Source: a virus (Duplodnaviria; Caudoviricetes). From it: a stretch of 64,000 nucleotides of DNA. The notes beneath the pieces were generated by a model. The model had not been told where the DNA came from. It saw only the letters and a program-made list of their open reading frames with translations, and did not search any database. Of this stretch, positions 20,222 through 28,417 are shown one piece after another (position 1 is the stretch's first letter; each line of letters opens with the position of its first letter). The position numbers and the translations under genes are program-made. Location: positions 20,315 through 84,314 of IMG/VR virus record IMGVR_UViG_3300033074_001499. One strand, written 5' to 3'.

Positions 20222-20384
20222 TTACACAGGCATGATTTGTTTTTGTATCAAAGCCCATAACAACAGTTGTTTTCCAACCATCCTCAATTGAACTCTCTAC
20301 TTTGATAAAGAGTGTCTTATTGTTTAAGACTTCCCAATCAAATTCTAGAGCAGGCGGGAAAGTTTTTGATAGCTTATTAATCAT
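20178..20384 (-). CDS. Hypothetical protein
   Basis: ORF track, GGAG RBS. Confidence 0.6.
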   Translation of the reverse strand: MINKLSKTFPPALEFDWEVLNNKTLFIKVESSIEDGWKTTVVMGFDTKTNHACVIANKQERIKHGRSF

Positions 20385-20948
20385 TTACTTATACTCCTTA
20401 CGATATCCCGCATCGTATAGGCCAATCATGGCTTGCTTGAGGACGCTATAAAGACCTTTCATGATGACTGAATTTATATCGCCTGGAGGGATTACATGCA
20501 TCATTTCCTCAATCGCCTTTTCCCGCTCTTCCTCTGCGACCTGCTCGGGGGTGCGGATAGGGCGGAACTGGCAACTACGAACAGGACATGCGAATTCGTC
20601 AGATTCATCGCCCTCGAACACAACAATTCCTGAGCCCATGTAGTTGATTTTGTGGATTACCCAGTTGTTATGCCCGCTGTGCATCACTTCACACAGCGTC
20701 CCAACCGGAGGAAGACCCTTACCATCCCATTCAATTTGTTTTTCTTCTTCTAGGTCTTCACCAGATTTACTAATGAATTCATTTTCATACCAATGAATAT
20801 CATAACTCTCATTCCAATCCCCATCGTACCAAACAAACCAGTCTTTTCCAGATTTTTTAATCCAAGTATTATAATAATCTGCATTCTCAGGTAGGAAGTG
20901 TGTAGTTCCTTCTGGAGCAAGTTCCCAATTTACAGAAACTGTAGTCAT
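20385..20948 (-). CDS. Mosaic hypothetical protein (NWELAPEG.TH and WDGKGLPPVG modules)
   Basis: ORF track; 3' half GC-rich. Confidence 0.8.
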   Translation of the reverse strand: MTTVSVNWELAPEGTTHFLPENADYYNTWIKKSGKDWFVWYDGDWNESYDIHWYENEFISKSGEDLEEEKQIEWDGKGLPPVGTLCEVMHSGHNNWVIHKINYMGSGIVVFEGDESDEFACPVRSCQFRPIRTPEQVAEEEREKAIEEMMHVIPPGDINSVIMKGLYSVLKQAMIGLYDAGYRKEYK

Positions 20949-20958
20949 TTAAATCCTC

Positions 20959-21165
20959 CTAATCAATAGAAATTGTAGAACAACCAATGTCGTTGTCATC
21001 ACATTCATTATCGTACAAATATTCATCTCTGTCAATAAGAGAATATTTCTTATTTTCTTCTGCGATTTCTTTATCAAGAAGTTTCAAATATTCTTTTTCA
21101 TATGAATGGTCAATAACAGAGGACTTGTTAAAGAAGTCCATATTCTTCTTCACTGGATTTTTCAT
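20959..21165 (-). CDS. Hypothetical protein
   Basis: ORF track. Confidence 0.6.
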   Translation of the reverse strand: MKNPVKKNMDFFNKSSVIDHSYEKEYLKLLDKEIAEENKKYSLIDRDEYLYDNECDDNDIGCSTISID

Positions 21166-21166
21166 T

Positions 21167-22249
21167 TTACCCTCTTTTAAATTTACGAATGAATTCTGAT
21201 TTTGTGTAAGCGTTCACCACTTTAACATCACCCATCAATTGATATTGAGATTTATACAATTGATGTTCTGGGGGAATGTCTTTGCATTCAAGCTCAAGAA
21301 TACAATCATTTTCATTATAGATGGCAGAAAGAACATCGTGTCCATAACATGCATAAACACCTCTCTTACCACCGTTCACAAATTCACCAACCACATATTT
21401 AAAATTATTGTCATATGAAGATTGATAAATCCCTTCTTGATTGGTCCTTTCCACATTCTTAAAGAAAATATTGTCAGAAACAATCCGATCATCTTTCTCT
21501 TTACCATATAGAGCAGAGATATCATAGAGTTTATCAAAAGTGAAGTTGTTTTCTGGATAATCTACGGCAGATGCTTCAATTTCATGTAGAATTGAAATAG
21601 CTTTATCTAGTGAAAACTCTTCAGATTCTGGGAAAATCTTATCGAGATTCAAGCCATACATTCCTCCAACATGGTCTTTAAGCTTTTCCCAACTATCAAT
21701 TCCAACTCCAGCAACAGTGAGCATAATTTTAAGAAATTGGGGTTTAGAGATTTTATAGCCTTTATCTGTGTATTTTTGAACACGAATAGCAGAGATAATG
21801 GGATAAGCTGTTTTCTCATTAAATTCTAGATATTTCTGACTGTTGTGCTTCATGAAATCATCATGGAATACAAACTGTTCCGTTGAAAACTCAAAAGCTC
21901 CCATATTACAGGTGAAATCAAAGTCATTGAAAATGTCTTCTACAGTTGGGAAGAATTTGTACACAATTACTTGTACATCCTGTCCAGTTCCATTGTCGCG
22001 GAAAAGAACAGATTTATTTGTAATATTATGCCCAAACAGAGAATATTCGTATTCATGCTCTAGAAGTTCAATGAGCAATTGGAAATCACTAACACTTCGG
22101 AAATAAACATCTACATCATTTACTTCACGATTGCAAAAAAGAGAAGTGATAGCCCCACCTGCAATAATAGCATTAGATTCTTTCAAAAGATCATAAACGT
22201 TATTGGAAATAAGTTTTTTCAGTTTAATTAGTTCTGATTTATGTTGCAT
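21167..22249 (-). CDS. Nucleotidyltransferase (class II, poly(A) polymerase/CCA-adding head-like)
   Basis: IAGGAI...NDVDVYF and DFDFTCN motifs. Confidence 0.75.
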   Translation of the reverse strand: MQHKSELIKLKKLISNNVYDLLKESNAIIAGGAITSLFCNREVNDVDVYFRSVSDFQLLIELLEHEYEYSLFGHNITNKSVLFRDNGTGQDVQVIVYKFFPTVEDIFNDFDFTCNMGAFEFSTEQFVFHDDFMKHNSQKYLEFNEKTAYPIISAIRVQKYTDKGYKISKPQFLKIMLTVAGVGIDSWEKLKDHVGGMYGLNLDKIFPESEEFSLDKAISILHEIEASAVDYPENNFTFDKLYDISALYGKEKDDRIVSDNIFFKNVERTNQEGIYQSSYDNNFKYVVGEFVNGGKRGVYACYGHDVLSAIYNENDCILELECKDIPPEHQLYKSQYQLMGDVKVVNAYTKSEFIRKFKRG

Positions 22250-22267
22250 AATTATTCTCCTTTAAAA

Positions 22268-22498
22268 TTAAATTTTATTTTTATATTCTTCAATAACTTT
22301 CTGAAGAACAATAGACAATTCATCATGATAAGCGCTTATCATTCTTGCCCTACCTAGAAACTCTTTAGGAACATCCCTGCCACAATCATCACAACGAACA
22401 AAATGTCCAAATCCAATATCATAGTGATTGTCATGAGGACAAGGACCATTTTTATTAAATTCCTTTACGATATCATTTAGAATTTCTTCGCTAATCAT
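22268..22498 (-). CDS. Hypothetical protein (Cys/His-rich)
   Basis: ORF track, CPH...CDDC. Confidence 0.7.
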   Translation of the reverse strand: MISEEILNDIVKEFNKNGPCPHDNHYDIGFGHFVRCDDCGRDVPKEFLGRARMISAYHDELSIVLQKVIEEYKNKI

Positions 22499-22510
22499 TT
22501 TTAATCTCCA

Positions 22511-22831
22511 TTAAAAGTCATATTCTTTAAAAATCTTATTAAATTCTAATTCATGTTTCAACGAATCAATTTTCTTTTTAACTTCTTTTTGTTTATTTTG
22601 CTCTGTTTTAGAAACTTTCTTGTTATTGTAGTAATTCTTTTCAATCTTGCAGTTACGACAATCCCCACAGGAAGTATAGCGGTATTCTCCACCACATTTT
22701 ACACAAGGATTGTAATAGAACATCAGTCTATGGGTCACTGCATCTTGCTTTGTCACAAATGCATTACCTGTAAGTTGAATAGCTTTTTTAATAAAATTAG
22801 AAAAAACTTCGGATTTATCTTTTCTTTTCAT
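22511..22831 (-). CDS. Zinc-binding hypothetical protein
   Basis: PCVKCG...CGDCRNC; first gene after minus-strand promoter. Confidence 0.7.
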   Translation of the reverse strand: MKRKDKSEVFSNFIKKAIQLTGNAFVTKQDAVTHRLMFYYNPCVKCGGEYRYTSCGDCRNCKIEKNYYNNKKVSKTEQNKQKEVKKKIDSLKHELEFNKIFKEYDF

Positions 22832-22874
22832 TACGTTTTCCTCTGAGACTCATTAAAATCACTTGATACACCCT

Positions 22875-22902
22875 ATCATACAGCAAAATTTCAGCTTGTC
22901 AA
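22875..22902 (-). promoter_or_regulatory. Sigma70-type promoter, leftward of divergent pair
   Basis: TTGACA-N16-TATGAT with TG. Confidence 0.75.
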
Positions 22903-22927
22903 CAGAAAATATTTCTATCACAGCTTG

Positions 22928-22955
22928 TTGACAAATAGATAAAATGTGGTACAAT
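22928..22955 (+). promoter_or_regulatory. Sigma70-type promoter, rightward of divergent pair
   Basis: TTGACA-N16-TACAAT with TGn extension. Confidence 0.75.
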
Positions 22956-22961
22956 GGTGGC

Positions 22962-23335
22962 TATGAATGTCTTGTTTACATTCTCGGGATAGGAAATTGT
23001 GGGTAAACCTGTTCGTCTTTATCCTTAAAGAGCTGAATCAAAGCATGGCTCGACGTGAGAGATTGCCTGTAAAGGTTGGTAGCACACGGCTAGGACTCCA
23101 GCTATTGGGAGGAAAGCTACCACGGAAAATAGTACAATGCAAGCTATTTTCTACCTCGCACCTTTGATTGGTGTGCCTCATGAATGAGGGGAATATTGTG
23201 GCTCCGAGGGGAATATGATTCTCTTGTTGACAGATTCTGAAGGGTAATCTATAGTCTGTTCTAGGCGCATTAGTGCGTATGGATGGGCTAGGGAGATTGC
23301 TACCTAGAATTTGTTCACCAAGGGGAATATTATTA
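22962..23335 (+). ncRNA. Candidate large structured RNA or leader
   Basis: At least eight short stems in a non-coding stretch directly after a promoter. Confidence 0.55.
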
Positions 23336-23348
23336 GGAGATATAAGAT

Positions 23349-23732
23349 ATGATTAAAGGTAAACGTAACCAATTAGCAAATGTTGGTAATAAATTCCAAA
23401 CAGAAGTGAAGAAGGTTGTCTGTGTCTGTTCTGCTGGACTTCTTCGTTCTCCAACAGCAGCTAATGTTTTGCATATTAAATACGGTTTTAATACTCGGGC
23501 TGTAGGAGCAGATAAAGAATTTGCACTGATCCCTCTAACACAAGCTTTGATTTGGTGGGCTGATGAAATTGTTTTTGTAAATCGGGATGCATTCGATATG
23601 CTAGATGAAGAAGAAAAACAAGAAATTGAAGATGTTGGTGTAAGAGTGACAATCCTTTCAATCGAGGATGATTTTGATTGGATGGATGCAAATCTACGGT
23701 GTGAAATTCTAGAGCAATATGAGAATAAATAA
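23349..23732 (+). CDS. Protein tyrosine phosphatase-like (CX5R)
   Basis: VCVCSAGLLRSPTAA P-loop; C-terminal IEDDF. Confidence 0.82.
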   Translation: MIKGKRNQLANVGNKFQTEVKKVVCVCSAGLLRSPTAANVLHIKYGFNTRAVGADKEFALIPLTQALIWWADEIVFVNRDAFDMLDEEEKQEIEDVGVRVTILSIEDDFDWMDANLRCEILEQYENK

Positions 23733-23734
23733 AA

Positions 23735-24004
23735 ATGATTCTCACGAGATATAAGGGAAATTTCAAGCTAGAAATGCATTTCACAGGATGGTGGCATGTT
23801 TGTGTACATATCTATCAAAAGAAGAAATTACTATGGATTTTCCCCTATTATTCTCGTGTTTGGACAACATATAGACAAGAGCTTGGAACACTCCTTTCTC
23901 TGGAGCATTCTCCTAAATGGGGATTGACAGATGAAGAGAAGGGGTTTAATGTAGCTATGCAAGAATATGAATATTTTCTTAAACAGTGGGAGAAATGGAA
24001 ATGA
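23735..24004 (+). CDS. Hypothetical protein
   Basis: ORF track. Confidence 0.65.
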   Translation: MILTRYKGNFKLEMHFTGWWHVCVHIYQKKKLLWIFPYYSRVWTTYRQELGTLLSLEHSPKWGLTDEEKGFNVAMQEYEYFLKQWEKWK

Positions 24005-24354
24005 ATATTAAAGAATTTCTTGAAAATAAAGGTTATGTCTTCTGGAAAGAAGATAGGGAAAATGAAGGTTCATACCGATCACAATCTATGAAATTTCAAA
24101 AAAGGATTAATAACCCTGATATTCCTGTGTGTGAATGTAATGAAAAACTTTTTATCAATGTTGGATATCACTTGTTCGATATTGGGAGTGGTGTTAATGA
24201 AACGTGTACAATCAGTATTTGTGCTGAGAATGAATCTTCTGATTGGTGTGATCTGAATATTTATAGTATTTCTGTGGACAAATTTAAACAAAACATTAAT
24301 TATTATGAAAATAGTCTTATTACAATGTGGGAAGTATTTTATGATGGGGCTTGA
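24001..24354 (+). CDS. Hypothetical protein
   Basis: ORF track; start moved to 24001. Confidence 0.7.
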   Translation: MNIKEFLENKGYVFWKEDRENEGSYRSQSMKFQKRINNPDIPVCECNEKLFINVGYHLFDIGSGVNETCTISICAENESSDWCDLNIYSISVDKFKQNINYYENSLITMWEVFYDGA

Positions 24355-24379
24355 CAGCCCCTTTTATTTTTTCTAAAGT
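24346..24379 (+). promoter_or_regulatory. Fused terminator/promoter 1
   Basis: GGGGC-TTGACA-GCCCC-TTTT; TTGACA-N17-TAAAGT. Confidence 0.75.
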
Positions 24380-24410
24380 ATTTACATCAAGCCACACAGA
24401 GGAGATAAAA

Positions 24411-24587
24411 ATGATTTACGAAATTCAGAAGAATAATGGTGAAAGTTTTCAAGTTAGAACTGAAGCATATCCAAATATTGACAGTAATGGAATTATTTAT
24501 TTCTATGAATCCACAGAGGAAGGTCCTAGGGCTTCATTGATCTATAAACTAGCCGAGGGTGATTCAGTAGTTTTTGTTTGCGATTAA
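24411..24587 (+). CDS. Hypothetical protein
   Basis: GAGGAG RBS; start 24411 rather than 24351. Confidence 0.7.
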   Translation: MIYEIQKNNGESFQVRTEAYPNIDSNGIIYFYESTEEGPRASLIYKLAEGDSVVFVCD

Positions 24588-24598
24588 GGAGAAATAAA

Positions 24599-25024
24599 AT
24601 GAGTGTTTGCACTAAAGGTTGTATTGTCACTGATAATAAAAATGCATTCTTTTTCAAAGATGTTTTTGAAAGCTGGTGGAAAAATGTTCTAGAGTGGAAG
24701 AATATTCAAGGATGGCATGAAATGCGAGAAAGAGGATTTTCCACTTCCCCAACTATAGAACTTGTATATAGTTGCCATGCGCTGAAAATCTTCTTCAAAT
24801 ACGAAAATGAAGACAGGCAAATGTTTGTCATTTTCGATTGTGATTGTGATCTTCGTATTTATGAAGAAACTGAATCAGAATGTATTTGGATTAGTCTAGG
24901 TAAATGGGGACACAACGAAGAAATTATTCAAAGCCTTCTTGAAGAATTCAAAAAACATTCTGAAGTGGAGAAAGTTTATATTGACAGGGATGATAGTGAT
25001 GATGTAGGATTTGAACAGCTTTAA
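24599..25024 (+). CDS. Hypothetical protein
   Basis: AGGAGAAATAA RBS. Confidence 0.75.
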   Translation: MSVCTKGCIVTDNKNAFFFKDVFESWWKNVLEWKNIQGWHEMRERGFSTSPTIELVYSCHALKIFFKYENEDRQMFVIFDCDCDLRIYEETESECIWISLGKWGHNEEIIQSLLEEFKKHSEVEKVYIDRDDSDDVGFEQL

Positions 25025-25042
25025 CAATCTGAGGAATTTCCT

Positions 25043-25540
25043 ATGAACATCTTTGCCACTAACGAATGCCCTGTAAAATCTGCTCAGGACCATTGCAATC
25101 GCCATAACGTCAAAATGATTCTTGAACTCGCACAGATGCTTTCTACAGCTCATTTCGAGCTTGATGGAAATATTGTTGGGTACAAGCCTACACATAAAAA
25201 CCATCCGTGCTCTATATGGATTCGGCAGTGTTCAGGTAATTACAAATGGGGTTATGAGCATTTCAAAGCTTTGTGCGATGAATACAGCTTTCGCAGTGGT
25301 AAGATTCACAAGACGTCAGAATTACTAGAATTACTGGGGAAAATACCCTCTAAAATCGCTTTTGGTGACAGGACACCGTTTGCTATGGCTATGCCTGAAA
25401 ACTACAAGAAACTGGGTATTTTTGATCAGACAAAAGCATATCAAGCCTATCTAAATGCTAAATTCAAAGAATGGGCTTGCAGAGAAAAGCCGCTTGCTGT
25501 AGAGTGGACCAAACGAAACAAACCGGAGTGGGTAAAATAA
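25043..25540 (+). CDS. Pyrimidine-dimer DNA glycosylase-like (DenV/Pyr_excise family)
   Basis: MNIF...A..HC..H.VKMILE.AQMLSTAH, YKPTHKNHPCSIW. Confidence 0.75.
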   Translation: MNIFATNECPVKSAQDHCNRHNVKMILELAQMLSTAHFELDGNIVGYKPTHKNHPCSIWIRQCSGNYKWGYEHFKALCDEYSFRSGKIHKTSELLELLGKIPSKIAFGDRTPFAMAMPENYKKLGIFDQTKAYQAYLNAKFKEWACREKPLAVEWTKRNKPEWVK

Positions 25541-25700
25541 TGTACACATATCAAGACATGAAGTCTGCACTAAGATGGTGGGTGCAATTAAGTGATGAAC
25601 ATAAAAATTCTATCAAAAAAGAAAGAAACATTAAAATTATGCGGGATATTGTCTGTTATTGGGTTGATAATGTGAAATTTTGCAAATAGGAGAAAATAGA

Positions 25701-25928
25701 ATGTCTATGTATGGTGAAGGTGTTGTAGAAATTGATCTTGCTGATTTCTGGAAATATGTCCATGAACAGCATCCATTTATTGGGGAAGTTCAATATGGAG
25801 TTCCTCGTGTAAATATTTCAAACAACACTATTGAAATTGATGTAGCTTTTGATACTCTGAATCACCCTACCGACTGGGCTGTGAAAAGTAAGGTTTTCCT
25901 TCAATGGAAGGAATTACGGGAGAAATAA
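25701..25928 (+). CDS. Hypothetical protein
   Basis: AGGAG RBS. Confidence 0.7.
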   Translation: MSMYGEGVVEIDLADFWKYVHEQHPFIGEVQYGVPRVNISNNTIEIDVAFDTLNHPTDWAVKSKVFLQWKELREK

Positions 25929-25930
25929 AA

Positions 25931-26122
25931 ATGAAACTAGACAATTATCAAATTGTATTAATTCTTTTAATCTTGGCTTGCATTGGTATTCTATTGAAAT
26001 GTTATTCAGTTGATGTAAGGGGGTATAAATCTGTCTTTGAGCAATGTAAGCAGTTGTCAGGAATTGTTGTAAAAGATGAAAATGACAAATATATTTGTAT
26101 TCGTGAGAATTGGAGGAAATAA
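25931..26122 (+). CDS. Hypothetical membrane-anchored protein
   Basis: N-terminal hydrophobic helix. Confidence 0.65.
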   Translation: MKLDNYQIVLILLILACIGILLKCYSVDVRGYKSVFEQCKQLSGIVVKDENDKYICIRENWRK

Positions 26123-26124
26123 AA

Positions 26125-26352
26125 ATGGGAATGTCTGACATTGAGAATTTGGATTTTATTATTTCCAGTAAAAAAACTCAAATTGAAAATGGAATTGTTG
26201 AAATTCAACGACAAACAATCGAAGCACAGAAGATTAATATTAAAGCTTTAGAAATCTTGATTGAAGATTTAAAAGAAAAGCTTGATAAAGAGAAAGAATA
26301 CAGGGAAACTCTTGAGCAAATCATCTATGAATTTGCAGTGAACGGGAATTAA
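26125..26352 (+). CDS. Hypothetical coiled-coil protein
   Basis: GGAGG RBS. Confidence 0.65.
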   Translation: MGMSDIENLDFIISSKKTQIENGIVEIQRQTIEAQKINIKALEILIEDLKEKLDKEKEYRETLEQIIYEFAVNGN

Positions 26353-26354
26353 AT

Positions 26355-26546
26355 ATGAATATTCTAGATTTTAAAGAATGGCTTGAACAATTTCCAGATG
26401 ATACAGAGATTGTAATTACTGTTAGTAAAAATGAATATTCCTATGGGGAATATTATGAATTTGTGTCATATGAAATTTTTGATTCTGAAGATTTTCATCA
26501 TTGGACTTTTATTAAAAAAGACAAAGAACTCCTCTTTGGGAATTAA
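26355..26546 (+). CDS. Hypothetical protein
   Basis: ORF track. Confidence 0.65.
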   Translation: MNILDFKEWLEQFPDDTEIVITVSKNEYSYGEYYEFVSYEIFDSEDFHHWTFIKKDKELLFGN

Positions 26547-26547
26547 A

Positions 26548-26721
26548 ATGCAAACACATTACGCTGTTTTCCAAAAGCAATTGATTGAAGCTGGATATGA
26601 ATTCAAGAAAGACAACAATGATGATTGGATTTGTGTTGACAAAGCTTCTAAATGTGTTGTAGCATTGCATCGTCAGCTTGGAAATCTTCTTAAGCATCTT
26701 GAAAAAGAATTCGGAGAATAA
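26548..26721 (+). CDS. Hypothetical protein
   Basis: In-frame internal ATG of track ORF 26431. Confidence 0.6.
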   Translation: MQTHYAVFQKQLIEAGYEFKKDNNDDWICVDKASKCVVALHRQLGNLLKHLEKEFGE

Positions 26722-26725
26722 GATT

Positions 26726-26929
26726 ATGGAAATTATTCACAAAACAAAAGTATTTTATCGTGAAAGTACTTCCGAATGGATCATTGAAAATGATATTGTC
26801 ATAGAAAGTGTGGGTGATTTTCTTTTTAGAGTTCCTTTAAAATACATGCCAAATATTGAAACTGTGATGCAAGAAAAGAACAGGACAATGCAAGAAATTT
26901 ATATTGGCTATATGCTTAAGGGAGAATAG
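26726..26929 (+). CDS. Hypothetical protein
   Basis: GGAG RBS. Confidence 0.65.
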   Translation: MEIIHKTKVFYRESTSEWIIENDIVIESVGDFLFRVPLKYMPNIETVMQEKNRTMQEIYIGYMLKGE

Positions 26930-26931
26930 AA

Positions 26932-27168
26932 ATGCTTCATAGAAATTCAAAATTGCTTTACAGCTATTTCTATGAATTGGCTGTAACTATTGTAAATGCA
27001 GACAGTGAATACATGATTGGATATACGTATGGGAAAGCATCTACATCAGCTTCATGGGCTAATTTTAAAACAAAAGAAATTTCAGAAAAAGAATTTTATA
27101 ATTATAATAAATTTATAGCTCAAATTCATGATATACGATTGAAAGAACTTGGTTATGAACTTGATTGA
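26932..27168 (+). CDS. Hypothetical protein
   Basis: GGAG RBS. Confidence 0.65.
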   Translation: MLHRNSKLLYSYFYELAVTIVNADSEYMIGYTYGKASTSASWANFKTKEISEKEFYNYNKFIAQIHDIRLKELGYELD

Positions 27169-27517
27169 TTATTGTATTGAAAAAGCAAAAGAAATCCCAT
27201 ATGTGAAAGGACAATACAGACTCTATTCTGTGATTACAGATAAGAGAGGAAGAATTGTATCTGAGAGTGCGAATTCTTATTGCACTACGCACCCTAAGCA
27301 ATTCTATGCAGCTAAGAGAGTAGGGAAGCCTCTGAAACAATTCCTCCACGCAGAGTCGAGTGCGCTAATTAAAAGCAAAGGAAGGGGTTGTAAACTTTAC
27401 GTTGCTCGTGTATTGTCAGATGGAACACCAGCAGATGCGATGCCTTGCCTTGTTTGCCAGATGATGGTAAAATTGCATGGTGGAATTAAATCTATAGAGT
27501 ATACAACAGGAGAATAA
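27155..27517 (+). CDS. Zinc-dependent cytidine/adenosine deaminase-fold protein
   Basis: HAE (FLHAESSAL) and PCxxC (MPCLVCQ). Confidence 0.82.
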   Translation: MNLIDYCIEKAKEIPYVKGQYRLYSVITDKRGRIVSESANSYCTTHPKQFYAAKRVGKPLKQFLHAESSALIKSKGRGCKLYVARVLSDGTPADAMPCLVCQMMVKLHGGIKSIEYTTGE

Positions 27518-27519
27518 TC

Positions 27520-27813
27520 ATGTGGAATTGGCCTAAATCTGATTTCTTTAAAAAAGAATTGTTTTCTATTATTGAAGAAATGAAAAAACAAGATAAATTG
27601 AAAGAAGGGTATTCTTCAAATTATGCTATTGATGCGATTGAAGATTTACAATACGCTATTTTGCTTAGTGTGATTGCTACTGAGCAACATTGTCAGACTT
27701 GGCTTGACTTTGTAGCAAAAGAAGATTGTGATATTGAATATCAAGATACAATTTATGAATTTGTAAAGAAAGTGAATAAAATTCTTTCAGAAGAACAATG
27801 GAGTTTTGAATAA
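27520..27813 (+). CDS. Hypothetical protein
   Basis: AGGAG RBS. Confidence 0.7.
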   Translation: MWNWPKSDFFKKELFSIIEEMKKQDKLKEGYSSNYAIDAIEDLQYAILLSVIATEQHCQTWLDFVAKEDCDIEYQDTIYEFVKKVNKILSEEQWSFE

Positions 27814-28049
27814 TGTTCACCGTCTTTTTACTTACATTTGCCGTTGCCTTGAGTGTTATTGCAACTGGTCTTATTTCAGTCTTAGTTTCGTCTTTTATTT
27901 TAGAAATGAAAATTAATTGGATTGTAAAAATCATCCTAACTGCTCTCGTGTTCTCTTTTAGTGTTTCAATTAGCACTGTTACTGCAATTTCAGTTGCTGA
28001 TTATTTCTTTGAAGCACCAGAAAAACAGCTTGACAACAAAGAAAAATAG
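27813..28049 (+). CDS. Hypothetical membrane protein
   Basis: Two hydrophobic segments. Confidence 0.7.
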   Translation: MFTVFLLTFAVALSVIATGLISVLVSSFILEMKINWIVKIILTALVFSFSVSISTVTAISVADYFFEAPEKQLDNKEK

Positions 28050-28057
28050 TGTAAAAT
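28030..28057 (+). promoter_or_regulatory. Sigma70 promoter for tRNA-Arg-like RNA
   Basis: TTGACA-N16-TAAAAT with TG. Confidence 0.7.
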
Positions 28058-28075
28058 AGGTGGTATAAAGAATTT

Positions 28076-28155
28076 GCGGGTATATCGGCTCTGCCTTCTA
28101 AGCAGTTGAAACCGTAACTGGACACATGTAGATTCGAGTTCTACTGCCCGCGCCA
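28076..28155 (+). tRNA. Atypical tRNA-Arg(UCU)-like RNA with no canonical D-arm
   Basis: Acceptor GCGGGTA/TGCCCGC, G73, CCA; T-arm GTAGA-TTCGAGT-TCTAC; anticodon hairpin CTGC-CTTCTAA-GCAG. Confidence 0.75.
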
Positions 28156-28200
28156 AACCTAACCCACTTAATTGTGGGTTTCCATTTTATAAGGAAAAAC

Positions 28201-28383
28201 ATGAATTGCTTGAATTGTGGTAAAGAAAGCTCTAATCCTAAATTTTGTAGTAGGTCTTGTTCAGCTTCTTTTAATAATAAAATAGCCCCTAAAAGAAAAA
28301 GGGTTTGTAAAATCAAGGGCTGTCAAGAAATTGTTAAAAGTTACAGGTGGGAAGAGGTTGACAAACGTAAAAGTACACACTAA
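28201..28383 (+). pseudogene. Truncated homing-endonuclease-like zinc finger ORF
   Basis: CLNCGKE...KFCSRSCSA N-terminal module, no nuclease domain. Confidence 0.55.
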
Positions 28384-28386
28384 AAT
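28358..28386 (+). promoter_or_regulatory. Sigma70 promoter for tRNA(CAU)
   Basis: TTGACA-N17-TAAAAT. Confidence 0.8.
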
Positions 28387-28417
28387 GTATTTGTATTAAC
28401 TCATAGGAACCAAATTA

